A stretch of DNA of 59,356 nt, counting the filler. It is 5 parts of 5 records of this genome, joined end to end, with 100 filler letters (N's around TTAATTAATTAA, not from the genome) between each part and the next. Parts side by side here need not be neighbours in the genome. Positions count along the whole stretch, not along the records: positions 6,550 to 36,524 come from DRR723986_9067; positions 36,625 to 42,665 come from DRR723986_9069; 3 more parts are not named here. One strand, 5' to 3'. The notes under the pieces are model-generated. The model did no database searches and was not told the origin of the DNA. It saw only the letters and a program-made list of their open reading frames with translations. The translations under genes were made by a program, and so were the position numbers. Within the stretch, counting starts at the first letter, position 1. Every line of letters starts with the position of its first letter. Below, piece by piece: positions 28,286-39,102 of the stretch.

Positions 28286-30379
28286 CTATTCGCCGCCGTC
28301 TGCGCTGCTTTTTCCGGGAGTTGGCGGAGCCGCTGCCTTGGGACGAGAAACCTTGGGACCAGCAGGTCGTTCACCACCAGCTTCATCTCCTTCAGCCTGC
28401 TCGCCTTTATCCTTCTCGCCTGAAGTCGCGTCAGCTTCGTCGCCATCCTGTGCAGGCTCCTTCGCAGGTGCTGGTGGCACAGGAGCGTCGCCCGATTCTG
28501 GCTTGGCTACACTTATTGGAGCCGCACCAGTCGCGTCTGAATCCGGTGCTTCCCCTTGCTCGGGAACAGCGTTGTTGCCATCATCGCTGGGTGCGTCTTG
28601 GCGAGAATCAGCTTGAGCGTTCGATGCATCAACAGCATCATCATCAGAAGGCACTGCCTCTTCCAAGTCGCGTTTCGCATCGGTTTCATCACTGGTGTCA
28701 ACAGTGCCACCCTGCATGGACTGTTGTAGATTGACCAGCGCGTTAGACTTGCTGAGCATTTCGTCTAAGAAATTTCTGTTTGGATATTTTGTAGTCCAAG
28801 CCGAAATCACAGACATCATTGCAGGATCTGCAAGGTCACTGTCGTAGGTCTCTCGAAACTTCATGAAGTCGGCCAGAATAAAGTCTTCTGGCAGTTCACT
28901 ATCAAGCAGCCGCCGGTATCGCTCGATCGATTTGAGGACATCATCCCCAGCGTCGTCGTCAACCATGACCGGCGGATACTTATTGAACAGCGCGTTCCAG
29001 TTTTCCCAGGCAATCTCATATTGCTCCAAGGCTTTATCGAGTTCACCTTTTTCAAGCAGTTCATTCGCCTGATACATACTTGTGCGGGCAAGCAATGCTT
29101 CCTCTTCCTGTTCCGCCACGCAGCGGGTCTCCCAATAACCAAAATTGATTTGGTTTCGATAGATTTCAATGTGCGTGATGTGCTCCTTGGCAAAAACCAG
29201 CTCGTCGGCCATCTTCAACGCCTTCACTCGCTTATCAGCGGGCACTTGCTTTGCAACGGCTTTTGGCGGAATAAACAACTTAGACGAAACGGACTCGGCG
29301 AGCATCACTTGCTGGAAGTCGCGTTCGATTTGCTCTGTTTCCCATGCCTCGATTTCTTCTTCAGTCAGTTTCGCCTTCGCATTGTTGACGAATGACTGAT
29401 AAGTCTCACCGCAGAATTCCTCAAACTCTTTCTTGCGTTTCGCGTAGTCTTGATTGGCTTTCTCAAGTTCTTTCAGGTAGATGTCATCACCAAAGGAGGT
29501 CCGAATGAGCCGACTGCCGAAGTCGGTCCAACCTCGCTCGGCACGTTTCCAGCCATTGCGGGCTGCGTCCGTAAAGTAGCCTTCGGTTTGGATGCCTTCG
29601 CAGTACTTCATCAGCCAAGTTGGTCCCATGCGATAGAACATCATCTGGCTTTTCGCGGGACGCATTCCGGCTTCTGCCATGTCATACGCACGCTGGTACC
29701 AAAGCGTCCCTGCAAGCCAGTTGTCGGGCTTTCCGTCTGGACCTAAACCGGCCGCTTGTCGCAGATCCATCGTCGACGATTCGTAGACTTCGTTGTGATA
29801 GTCCTCGTCGTTACGAAACAGTTCGCGGTACTGCTCTTTCTCGTCAGCAACGCCCATTTTGTTGCCAAAGAACCAACCAAGCTCGTACGGCATCTCCGTA
29901 CGCTTCTTGTTGTACTTAGATCCTTGGATCAGGTAGTCGATACCCCGCTTCACCCATTGGTAACGCTGCCGGTAGTCATCAAACTCGCTTGAGACGTTGT
30001 AGGACATGTTGTGCGACTGGAATTCCCACACTTTGACGAAGTGAGGTTGAAGCACGGCGATCTGCTTGAGCGTTGCACTGAACCGGTCCCAGTTCTGCTT
30101 CTTCTTGTAGTCGACGGCCTTTTGCCAAAGGATCGTCGAGGCGACTCCGCGCAGTCCCAGCGTAGCCAAACGCATCGACTCGCTGGCAGGGTCAATCTCG
30201 CCCAAATCCCCCTGGCCAAGGCTGTATTCGGTTCGTATTTGCGCCAGAACACCACCGGGCTGCTGGACATTGCCATCGCTCTTGCGGACCGACGGGTTCC
30301 CCAGGAAATACAGGGGTACCAACAGCAATACAATAGCGCAGATATAGAGCAGGCGTCGTTGTAAAACGTTTACGTTCAT
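28286..30379 (-). CDS. Membrane-anchored helical/TPR-like protein with acidic low-complexity tail
   Basis: N-terminal TM, LQPHFVKVWEFQSHNMSYN, TPR-like C-terminal helices; 4-nt overlap with the ABC permease. Confidence 0.7.
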   Translation of the reverse strand: MNVNVLQRRLLYICAIVLLLVPLYFLGNPSVRKSDGNVQQPGGVLAQIRTEYSLGQGDLGEIDPASESMRLATLGLRGVASTILWQKAVDYKKKQNWDRFSATLKQIAVLQPHFVKVWEFQSHNMSYNVSSEFDDYRQRYQWVKRGIDYLIQGSKYNKKRTEMPYELGWFFGNKMGVADEKEQYRELFRNDEDYHNEVYESSTMDLRQAAGLGPDGKPDNWLAGTLWYQRAYDMAEAGMRPAKSQMMFYRMGPTWLMKYCEGIQTEGYFTDAARNGWKRAERGWTDFGSRLIRTSFGDDIYLKELEKANQDYAKRKKEFEEFCGETYQSFVNNAKAKLTEEEIEAWETEQIERDFQQVMLAESVSSKLFIPPKAVAKQVPADKRVKALKMADELVFAKEHITHIEIYRNQINFGYWETRCVAEQEEEALLARTSMYQANELLEKGELDKALEQYEIAWENWNALFNKYPPVMVDDDAGDDVLKSIERYRRLLDSELPEDFILADFMKFRETYDSDLADPAMMSVISAWTTKYPNRNFLDEMLSKSNALVNLQQSMQGGTVDTSDETDAKRDLEEAVPSDDDAVDASNAQADSRQDAPSDDGNNAVPEQGEAPDSDATGAAPISVAKPESGDAPVPPAPAKEPAQDGDEADATSGEKDKGEQAEGDEAGGERPAGPKVSRPKAAAPPTPGKSSADGGE

Positions 30380-32178
30380 GCTGCCGCGATCTCACGAGTC
30401 TTGAGGAAGAAATAAGCGATCGTGCATGTCAACACAAAATAAGCGAGCGTCATAGTTATATGCCTCGCCAACAATCCACCGAATATATCAAATCCATAGG
30501 CCACGTATTCGGCAGTGTTGAACTGGCCGAAGCTTGGAATGGCCTGGAAGACAGAGTAGAGCGTCCACATCAGTCCTGCGTCGGTAATCTTGATGGCTTT
30601 TTCCAAAGTTGGATTACCAAGGTCAAGTTCAACCATTGCACCAGTCTGCAGCGGAATACGAATGAGCGATTCGATGGGACCTCCACCAGGCGTTTCGCCA
30701 GTTGCAACGCCGAGTGCGATGCTGCCGAAGAATCCGAGCATCAAGCATGTCAGGGTTGCGACCATGGCAACAGGTCCGGACAGGAAGGTACTGAACATGA
30801 CTCCGAGGCAGATGATCAACACCATCTGCATCCACAGGCCTATATAGCCTTTGAACATGTTCCAACCGAACGTACTGTCACCGACTCGCAAATACAAGTC
30901 AGCAGGGGCCATACCAAAGTACTGCGATGGGTCGGTGCACCTGACAACGATCTCAACTTTGCCGTCTTCGACCAAGTTGTCGAAAATGTCGACTTCTTGA
31001 GGTTCACCGTCGATAACACCAGGAAGCTTCCGTGGAACAAATTTCTGGTCGACGGCGAACTCTTTGACAATGAAGCCGATAGGATTTGACTCGGCAGAAC
31101 CGCTCGGGCTACGCAGGAAGAACTCACCTTGGACACCAGTGACGATGTCGCCCTTGAAGGTACGGAATGCCTTCAAGCTCATTTCTAGCATGATCTCGTC
31201 GGGATTCGAGAACTGCCGTTCGCCGATACCCTCAAACGTCCATATGGCGGACATCAACGAGTTGCCCTCGATATATTGCTGGTAATCGTCCTCGTAGCCA
31301 ACGTTCAGTCCAACGCCCTCGTTGCCACTCCGGTCGGTGAATCGCAAGTCGCCGAACTTCGGAATTCGTGCATCAAGCAAGCCTTCAGGTGGACCAACTT
31401 CATAAACAAGTTGCCCGTCGACCATCTCGGCGGTGACTTTGTGGATGTGCCCCTTTTGCTCGTCGGTCGTGCCGACATAAGTCCCATCCTCTTGCTCGCG
31501 AATCGTAAACTCGTGAGAGTGAGTCGCGTCGTAGGATGTCTGTCCGGTCAAGCCAGAACCGGGCTCGATCTCATGCGCGTGTTCAATACCGCGATAGACG
31601 AATACGTAGCTAAGTACCCCCATAACAAGCAGTAGCAACGTGCCTACTGCCGTGAAACCGAGCACTCGTCCGAGCACGATTTCGGTGCAGCGAACGGGCT
31701 TGGTGGTGATCGTCTGGATAGTCTTGGTTTTGATGTCTGTCGGCAAGCTGAAGCAGCTTAGGAAAAGGCCGAGCAGCAATAGCAAGTAGCTCGTACCAGT
31801 CATTACGAAGCTGATATATAACTGAGCGACGTTGTCGGCACCGGGATCAAGGAACCACCCGGCAAAGAGAAGCACGACGATAAAGACGGCCATCACGACC
31901 AGGACGCGTCGTCGAATCGCCTCCTGAAACGCTAACTTGGCAAGTGCGAATGTGCGTCGAAGGGATGTGCCTGGGATGTCGCGTGCGATCAGCTCGTATA
32001 CGACACGGGTCACATTGTAGAACGCTTCACCGGGGCCGTTGCGAGCCATCGAAACCAGGAAGCAAACTACAAAACCGAGCAGGGCGACGACGCAGGCGAC
32101 AACGACGCCTTGCAGCAAGCCGAATTTGTAGATGAGCCACTCGAAGTAGCCCCACATCTGATCTTGTTCGATACGCAT
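30376..32178 (-). CDS. ABC-2-type transporter permease with large extracytoplasmic insertion
   Basis: AFQEAIRRR, LPTDIKTKTIQTITTKPVRCTEIVLGRVLG, C-terminal FFLKTREIAA; His-rich insert. Confidence 0.85.
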   Translation of the reverse strand: MRIEQDQMWGYFEWLIYKFGLLQGVVVACVVALLGFVVCFLVSMARNGPGEAFYNVTRVVYELIARDIPGTSLRRTFALAKLAFQEAIRRRVLVVMAVFIVVLLFAGWFLDPGADNVAQLYISFVMTGTSYLLLLLGLFLSCFSLPTDIKTKTIQTITTKPVRCTEIVLGRVLGFTAVGTLLLLVMGVLSYVFVYRGIEHAHEIEPGSGLTGQTSYDATHSHEFTIREQEDGTYVGTTDEQKGHIHKVTAEMVDGQLVYEVGPPEGLLDARIPKFGDLRFTDRSGNEGVGLNVGYEDDYQQYIEGNSLMSAIWTFEGIGERQFSNPDEIMLEMSLKAFRTFKGDIVTGVQGEFFLRSPSGSAESNPIGFIVKEFAVDQKFVPRKLPGVIDGEPQEVDIFDNLVEDGKVEIVVRCTDPSQYFGMAPADLYLRVGDSTFGWNMFKGYIGLWMQMVLIICLGVMFSTFLSGPVAMVATLTCLMLGFFGSIALGVATGETPGGGPIESLIRIPLQTGAMVELDLGNPTLEKAIKITDAGLMWTLYSVFQAIPSFGQFNTAEYVAYGFDIFGGLLARHITMTLAYFVLTCTIAYFFLKTREIAAA

Positions 32179-32243
32179 GGCAAAGGTTGGGAATTACAAG
32201 TGTGCTGGGTTGGTCGCTGAATACTGCGGAAGGGATACGAGTG

Positions 32244-33161
32244 CTAAGCAGATGGCCTCGCCCCAGGACGGTCGTCATTGACAATGTCCAAGAACAGTTC
32301 TTCCATCGTGGTGGTCGGATTGTCCACCGAAACAACTTCACCGCCATCGTTTTTGATAAGGTCCGCGATGCGTTGCTTCGTCTCGTCGCTCAGCCCCTTC
32401 GCATGCACCTCAGTTACATCCCTTACCTTCAGCAACGATTCGACGCGTCCCATTTCACGCAATTCGCCTTGGTGCAGAATGGCAACTCGATCGCAAACAT
32501 CCTGGACGTCCGCCAATTGGTGTGAACACAACAGGATCGTCTTGCCCTGATCTCGCAAGCGAATAATCAAGTCCTTCATTTCACGGCTACCGATTGGGTC
32601 CATGCCCGTAGTCGGTTCGTCCAGAATCAGCAAATCGGGTTCATTGACCAACGCTTGAGCTAGACCGATTCGTCGCGTCATCCCCTTCGAATACTCGCGA
32701 AGCTGACGCCGACGAGCTTGGTGCAGGCCAACCATGCGAATCAACTCGTCCGCACGTCGCTTTCGTTCATCAGCGGGCATGTCGAAAAGACGAGCATAGA
32801 AGTCCAGCGTCTCTTCTGCATTCAAGAATTTGTAAAGGTAGCTTTCCTCAGGCAGGTAACCAATCCGCTCGTTCTTGGTGACGTCACGAGCGTCCTTGCC
32901 GAACACGAACGCTCGCCCCGAAGTCGGAAACAAGAGCCCTTGGATCAGTTTGATTGTCGTCGACTTCCCAGAACCGTTTGGTCCCAGCAACCCGAAGATC
33001 TCCCCCTTTTTCACATCAATGTCGAGAGCCTTGAGCGCGGCGACCTTCTTTCGGCCCCAAAAGTCACGATATACTTTACCCAGGTTTCGCGTCTCAATGA
33101 CAACGTCGGAGTCGACTTGCTTTTCCGCGTCGTTTTGGGGTTCAGTTGCTGTTGCGCTCAT
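32244..33161 (-). CDS. ABC transporter ATP-binding protein
   Basis: [28 protein letters not shown]. Confidence 0.93.
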   Translation of the reverse strand: MSATATEPQNDAEKQVDSDVVIETRNLGKVYRDFWGRKKVAALKALDIDVKKGEIFGLLGPNGSGKSTTIKLIQGLLFPTSGRAFVFGKDARDVTKNERIGYLPEESYLYKFLNAEETLDFYARLFDMPADERKRRADELIRMVGLHQARRRQLREYSKGMTRRIGLAQALVNEPDLLILDEPTTGMDPIGSREMKDLIIRLRDQGKTILLCSHQLADVQDVCDRVAILHQGELREMGRVESLLKVRDVTEVHAKGLSDETKQRIADLIKNDGGEVVSVDNPTTTMEELFLDIVNDDRPGARPSA

Positions 33162-33588
33162 GATTCGTGCGGAGTCCTAGAGCAGGTGAAATCTTGCTAA
33201 TTCTTTGTCAGTCAAAACCAAAGTGAGCCCACCAAATTATGGCGACTTGGATGGATCTTCGTAGGTGAAAGTCCCACGGGGAATGAACTTCCCTTGGTAG
33301 AGCGTTCCGTGCCGGAAAGGAATCCTTGGGATCGGAGCCCAATGTTGACCTGGACGGCCGTTCACTACGATGAGTCACAGTGGCTACGCTTGGCAAATAG
33401 GTGCGGTTCGCGGAGTGATAGCGTTTTTTCGATTACCTGCCAGATTCCAAGCGCCCGGGCAGTTATTTTTCATTGGGCCTAGTTTTCAAGACCACAACAA
33501 GTCCGCTGGGACCGCTCAAGATGACACCGCAAGGACCGAACAATTCCAGCCTTGCCGCCGCTTGACTCGGTAGCACGCTCCCCTGCAA

Positions 33589-34410
33589 TCAGGCGTCCTT
33601 TGCGGTCGAAGCGCCGGGATGTGCCACGGGATCCGAAGCCGGGCCAGCATAAATGCTGCGACCGCCGTCAACCGGCACACAGACACCGGTAACAAAGGGG
33701 CTGGTGGCAAGGAAAATCGCAGCACTCGCGACATCATCTGCACTTCCCTCACGCTGCAACAAGCACTCGGAGATGATCTTCGCACGATGCTCGTCGGTAA
33801 TATTGTCAGCTAACTTCACCGGCCCCGGCAGAATCGCATTTACCCGAACTCGCGGGTTTCTCACGCCCAGTTCCACGGCCATCGACTGAGTGATCGACTG
33901 CACTGCCGCCTTGCTAGGAAAATAGCTGGCGAAATCACGGTACGGCCGACGCGTTGCCCAATCACCAATGTTGATGATGCAGCCGCCACGATTCTGCCGG
34001 GCCATCTGCAGCCCAAAGTGCTGGCACACCAACGCAGTTCCCCGCGCGTTCACCTCCCAGTAACCATCCCAGTCGTCAATAGTCACTTCCTCCAAAGGCT
34101 TCGGGTCCCAGATCGCTGCACTGTTGATCACACAGTCGACTCGGCCGAAGCGATCCACAATTTCAGGCAACCAGGACGCAACGGTATCCGCGTCTCGCAA
34201 GTCCCCCGAAAGCACCATGTCGCCAAGGGCTTCGTTGGCCGAGGGCGATGAGCTGTGACCGTGCTGAACAATTCGGCAACCAGAAGCCGCAAAGTACTCC
34301 GCGATGCATCTTCCGACACGCTTGCTGGCACTGCCGGTTACGAACACAACCGGCTCCGCGCATCCGAATAACTCTTTCCAACAATCCTCAAAGCTTGATC
34401 CGGGTTTCAT
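33589..34410 (-). CDS. SDR oxidoreductase, pteridine reductase/FolM-like
   Basis: TGSASKRVG, INSAA, IINIGD, YFPSK (YxxxK), VNAILPG, VDGG. Confidence 0.82.
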   Translation of the reverse strand: MKPGSSFEDCWKELFGCAEPVVFVTGSASKRVGRCIAEYFAASGCRIVQHGHSSSPSANEALGDMVLSGDLRDADTVASWLPEIVDRFGRVDCVINSAAIWDPKPLEEVTIDDWDGYWEVNARGTALVCQHFGLQMARQNRGGCIINIGDWATRRPYRDFASYFPSKAAVQSITQSMAVELGVRNPRVRVNAILPGPVKLADNITDEHRAKIISECLLQREGSADDVASAAIFLATSPFVTGVCVPVDGGRSIYAGPASDPVAHPGASTAKDA

Positions 34411-34780
34411 ACACCTGTGCTCCGTCGACGTCGACTACGCTAAACGCCAGTTGAAATGAATGAAGGCTCGTCCGACGCCATACGATAGTCGATTGCATAG
34501 TTCTCTGAAGTCGGCACAAGCTCACCGTAGGCCACACCGCTCTCCGCCGGTCGCTAAGTTCTTCGCAGGAAGCACAACGATCGCTCGCCGTTGGAACGCG
34601 TCCCATGGCTGGCTACTGTCAACAAGTCCTCTCAGCCGAAGGAGGGTTTTCACGCAGTGCCGTATGTGGGAACCTGTCGCAAGTCTAGCTATCGATTCAG
34701 CCGAACCTCAAGCCTTAACTCAACCAACTCAGGCGAAATGCTCGCTTCGGCAATTCTCAGCCTTAAACTCAACTTTCTCC

Positions 34781-35572
34781 ATGACTGAACAACAGCAATC
34801 GCCCGAAGGCGAGTCAGAACATCCTTGGGCCAGCGAGTTTTCGCAGGTTGCTTCGGGCGTTTATCGAGTTTTCGACGTCGAACTGGTTTGGAAAGCGTTT
34901 CAATACGCCATTGACCAACAGCTGTTCGCCAAGAATCCAACAATCATGCTCATGTTCGTCCGGATCGCGGAGGTCTATCCGGAACTGCAGGGCTTCCTTT
35001 CCGGAAAGCTCAACGATGCACCCGAGCCTCAGCGTCAGGCAATCAATCTCTTGCTGAATCCACCACAGGAAATCCGCAATGCTCAGTACCTGCCCCAGGC
35101 GATTAACTCTCCTGGCGAGATGGATTTGTGCTGGGCCGAATTCCTTGTGACCGGCGAAACCGAATCGGTTCAGATGATTCTCGACGTTCTCGACCGCGAC
35201 GACCGAGCTCGGGAGTTTCTTGCGTCGCAGCTCTCTAGCGGCGAACTAGAGCTGTCGGATGAACAGCGGATGACGTTACAGCAAGTCGGTATTGGGATCG
35301 GCAAATTGACCGACGAGATCGGCTGGGAAGTCATGACGCCTGGCGACGTAGATTTGTTCCTGTCACTCGGCATTAAGGACCAGAATCTTGCCTGCCAGAC
35401 AGTCTTCTCCGCCATGAACGACGACTTGAAGCTACACGTCGCATGTAAAGGAGCCGCACTTTGGTCGCTGCGTGCAAACGCGTCAACACATGGGAAAATC
35501 CGATTGTTCTGCGACCAAGCTTCCACACAACCGGGAGGCTTTGGCCGCGGTTTGCTGGTCGCCCCAAGTTAG
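34781..35572 (+). CDS. Hypothetical helical protein
   Basis: Protein-like composition from ATG 34781 (263 aa); the track's upstream extension looks non-coding. Confidence 0.65.
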   Translation: MTEQQQSPEGESEHPWASEFSQVASGVYRVFDVELVWKAFQYAIDQQLFAKNPTIMLMFVRIAEVYPELQGFLSGKLNDAPEPQRQAINLLLNPPQEIRNAQYLPQAINSPGEMDLCWAEFLVTGETESVQMILDVLDRDDRAREFLASQLSSGELELSDEQRMTLQQVGIGIGKLTDEIGWEVMTPGDVDLFLSLGIKDQNLACQTVFSAMNDDLKLHVACKGAALWSLRANASTHGKIRLFCDQASTQPGGFGRGLLVAPS

Positions 35573-36206
35573 TCCTAAGCCCGTAGTGCAGGCAGCCTGC
35601 CTGCAACCTTCTTCCGTGCAATCGTCAGTCAGGTCTTGCTATTGAGGGGTGTGTCGGTGAAATCCCGAGAGGGTCTCTCACCGATGCGCGAAGACACGGA
35701 GAAATCCAAGTCACACCTGGGGGCGACGACTGATCGACGATGCTCGCCGTCTGGGCTGGCAACCGACCAACGCCTCAGATGACGGCCTGCCGTCGAGCCG
35801 ACCACCCACGCGGCCGTACAACCGACGTCATCCTATTCTGGTAGCAGCTTAACACCTCACCGCACTACGCTGCGACTATCGGTTTCTTTCGCGTCAAATC
35901 TCGTGACTACTACCAGCTCGGGTTTCACAAAAAGCGAACGACCACGACTCCTGAGCGACGCAGTATGCGGCCGGAAGAACGCCGTTCTCGAGTAACTCGG
36001 ATCAACTACACACGGAATCACTCAGCTTCGTGATTCATGCATTCCAAAACCCACCGCATCACCACCCCCTAAAAGGACCATTGCCCGCCATCGCAAACAT
36101 GTGCAGAATGCTGGCTTCCTCCTGTTTATCAGACAGGCTGTCCGATAAAACCATGTTGTGCGGCAAAGGCAGTCGCTTGCATCTGCGGTCTGCGTGTGTG
36201 GCTGTT

Positions 36207-36394
36207 CTTCGTGCTCTCTGTGTCCTCTGTGGTTCAGCCGATCGGCGTCAAACCCTGTGGTCGCACGATCCGCACCCATACGCTCGAACGTCCTGCTTCG
36301 CCGATGAGTGCGGATCGTGCGACTAACGTGATTGTCAAGTATTGTCGCTTCGATCGCAACTTTTTTCTCTGCGATTCTCTGCGCCTCTGCGTTT
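36207..36394. repeat. Two short CTCTG-periodic intergenic repeat elements
   Basis: CTTCGTGCTCTCTGTGTCCTCTGTGGTT (36207-36234) and CTCTGCGATTCTCTGCGCCTCTGCGTTT (36367-36394). Confidence 0.55.
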
Positions 36395-36524
36395 CCGTCT
36401 TTGCCGCCCGGGTTCGGCTCTAAACGATGGTTCCCGCCAATCAACGGTGTTTGCCAGGCGTGATTGCCGTGCTCGCCGCGCGTGATTGCCGCACAACATG
36501 GTTTTTACGCTCGGCCCTTCGGGC

Positions 36525-36624
36525 NNNNNNNNNNNNNNNNNNNNNNNNNNNNNNNNNNNNNNNNNNNNTTAATTAATTAANNNNNNNNNNNNNNNNNNNN
36601 NNNNNNNNNNNNNNNNNNNNNNNN
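36525..36624. other. Artificial contig spacer
   Basis: N-run, TTAATTAATTAA, N-run. Confidence 0.97.
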
Positions 36625-36928
36625 CCGCCAGCCGCAGCAGGTTGGCGGCAAAATTCAGCTTCATGCCCGGGAACCATTCCGCCCCGGGCATTTCCCGGTT
36701 GCCAAGTACCCGTTTGGCCGGTGTCTCGCAGACCAGGCCGCAGTAGTCCCAGACTTTCTGCCAGAAGGTGTCCAGTTCGGTAATCGACCACTGGTGCAGG
36801 GCGTGGTAATCATCAAAGGGGCCAAAGCCCTGTTGCTCCAGCCAGGCCTTGAACTGGCCCATGCGGGAACGGGTGAGGGTGTCCTGGTCCGGGGTCCAGA
36901 CAACCGGTGATTGTTCTGTGTTGCTCAT
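36625..36928 (-). CDS. Acetoacetate-CoA ligase, N-terminal fragment
   Basis: VWTP...DYHALHQWSI...FWQKVWDY...MPGAEWFPGMKLNFAANLL; follows the 3-hydroxybutyrate dehydrogenase gene. Confidence 0.85.
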
Positions 36929-36944
36929 CCGTCTCTCCAGAAAA

Positions 36945-37724
36945 TTACTGCATATGCCAGCCGTGGCTGACCACGATCGACTGGCCGGTCAGGGCAGCGG
37001 ACGGGAAGGCTGCCAGATGCACCGCCAGTTCTGATACGTCTTCCAGGGTGGTGAACTTCCCGTCCACGGTGTTCTTGAGCATGACCTTGCTGATCACTTC
37101 TTCTTCGGAAATGCCCAGCTCTTTGGCCTGCTCCGGTATCTGCTTGTCCACCAGCGGTGTCCGTACAAAGCCGGGGCAGATAATGTTGCTGCGCACCCCG
37201 TGCTCCGCACCTTCTTTCGCCACCGCCCGGCACAGGCCCAGCATGCCGTGCTTGGCGGCGACATAGGGTGCCTTCAGAGGGGAGGCTTCCAATGAGTGTA
37301 CAGACCCCATATACAGCATGGTGCCACCACCGCTGGCATACATATGCCTGAGTGCCGCACGAGTCACCAGAAAGGCGCCGTCGAGATGCACGTTCATGAC
37401 CTTGCGCCAGTCCGCATACGCAAGCTTGTGCACCGCATCGATATGCTGAATGCCAGCGTTGGCGATGGCAATGTCCAGCCCACCCCACTGTTTAACCACA
37501 TAATTGACGTTTACGTCAACTGCATCTTCATCAGTCACATCCATTTCAAGGGCGATGGCGGTGCCGCCGGCCTGCTCGATGGCAGTCACAGTATCCTGTG
37601 CTGCCTGAAGCGTTAGGTCAGCCACCGCGACTTTAGCTCCCTCGCGGCCATAAGCCTCGGCAATGGCGCGACCAATGCCGCGGCCAGCACCGGTAATCAG
37701 GGCAATCCGGTTTTCCAGACGCAT
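36945..37724 (-). CDS. bdhA: D-3-hydroxybutyrate dehydrogenase
   Basis: [50 protein letters not shown]; start ATG 37724 after AAGGAG. Confidence 0.92.
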   Translation of the reverse strand: MRLENRIALITGAGRGIGRAIAEAYGREGAKVAVADLTLQAAQDTVTAIEQAGGTAIALEMDVTDEDAVDVNVNYVVKQWGGLDIAIANAGIQHIDAVHKLAYADWRKVMNVHLDGAFLVTRAALRHMYASGGGTMLYMGSVHSLEASPLKAPYVAAKHGMLGLCRAVAKEGAEHGVRSNIICPGFVRTPLVDKQIPEQAKELGISEEEVISKVMLKNTVDGKFTTLEDVSELAVHLAAFPSAALTGQSIVVSHGWHMQ

Positions 37725-37737
37725 TGTTATTTTCTCC

Positions 37738-39102
37738 TTAGTCGTATGCCACACCCGGCAGCCAGGTCGCGATTTCCGGAACCACAAACACGATGGCCAG
37801 AGCGACCAGCTGGATAATGATGAACGGAATAACACCACGATAAATATCGGTGACTTTGATCTCCGGCGGGGCGACACCCTTGATGTAGAACAGTGCGAAC
37901 CCGACCGGCGGTGTCAGAAAAGACGTTTGCAGACACATGGCAAACAGAATGGTGAACCACACCAGATCGAAACCCAGCTGCTGAACGACCGGTGCCACCA
38001 GCGGCAGAATGATCAGGGTGATTTCCACCCAGTCCAGGAAGAATCCCAGCAGGAAAACACCCAGAAGAATGGTGAGAACGACGCCGTAGGGTCCGAAAGG
38101 AAGGCCCAGCAGGGCGTCTTCAATTACCTGATCGCCACCCAGACCGCGCAGCACGACAGAAAATGCGGTCGCACCCAGGAAAATGGCAAAGATGAAAGCC
38201 GCCGTGCGGGTGGTCTGCTGCATGGAGGAGTTAAGCACATTCAGGTTCAGCCGGCCGGACATCAGGGCCAGAAGCAGAGCGCCCAGCGCGCCAACACCGG
38301 AGGCCTCCGTCGGAGTCGCTATGCCAGCAAAGATGGAGCCCAATACACCCAGAATCAATGCGGCCGTTGGCACCACTGCCTTCGCCACATCCCAGACAAT
38401 GGCCCAGCTCACTTTCTCGGTACCCTCTGGCACCGGCGCAATATTCGGTTGCAGCATCGGGCGGATGATGGCGTAAGCCACATACATGGCGCCCAGCATA
38501 AGGCCAGGGAAGAATGCGCCCATGAACAGGTCACCTACGGACGCCTCGGGAACCGCCAGCCGGTCCGCCATCAGAACCAGCATGATGGAGGGCGGAATCA
38601 GAATCCCCAGGGTCCCGGTGGCACACGCCGTACCCACCGCAAAGCCCTTGTCGTACTTGTTCTCCATCATTACCGGCAGGGACAACATACCGAGGAGTAC
38701 CACGGAAGCCCCGATGATACCGGTGGTCGCGGCCAACAGGACGCCGATAACAATAACGGTAACCGCATAGCCGCCGCGAACGGCGCCAAACAGTTTGACC
38801 ATGCTGTTCATCAGTCGCTCGGCAACGCCGGACTGGTCAAGCATGATGCCCATGAAGATAAACATGGGCAGGGCCACAAGGGTTTCACTACTGACCACCT
38901 TCCAGATTCGCTCGGGCACAAGCCCCATGGAAGATTGATAATCGAACCACAGATTGGCTCCAAAATTCTCAACGGCGACAACACCAACAACGGTCCAGAT
39001 AACCGCGGTGCCACCCAATACCCACGCAACCGGATAGCCGGTCATCAGCAATGCCCCGAAGGTGAGGAACATGCCGATTACAAACAGGGTTTCAAGCTCC
39101 AT
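37738..39102 (-). CDS. dctM: TRAP transporter large permease (DctM family)
   Basis: [32 protein letters not shown]. Confidence 0.93.
   Translation of the reverse strand: MELETLFVIGMFLTFGALLMTGYPVAWVLGGTAVIWTVVGVVAVENFGANLWFDYQSSMGLVPERIWKVVSSETLVALPMFIFMGIMLDQSGVAERLMNSMVKLFGAVRGGYAVTVIVIGVLLAATTGIIGASVVLLGMLSLPVMMENKYDKGFAVGTACATGTLGILIPPSIMLVLMADRLAVPEASVGDLFMGAFFPGLMLGAMYVAYAIIRPMLQPNIAPVPEGTEKVSWAIVWDVAKAVVPTAALILGVLGSIFAGIATPTEASGVGALGALLLALMSGRLNLNVLNSSMQQTTRTAAFIFAIFLGATAFSVVLRGLGGDQVIEDALLGLPFGPYGVVLTILLGVFLLGFFLDWVEITLIILPLVAPVVQQLGFDLVWFTILFAMCLQTSFLTPPVGFALFYIKGVAPPEIKVTDIYRGVIPFIIIQLVALAIVFVVPEIATWLPGVAYD

Noticed and set aside
36022-36444. 140-aa minus-strand ORF
   Set aside because: Built from translated repeat motifs (NAEAQRIAE, NHRGHREHE) with no protein-like features.
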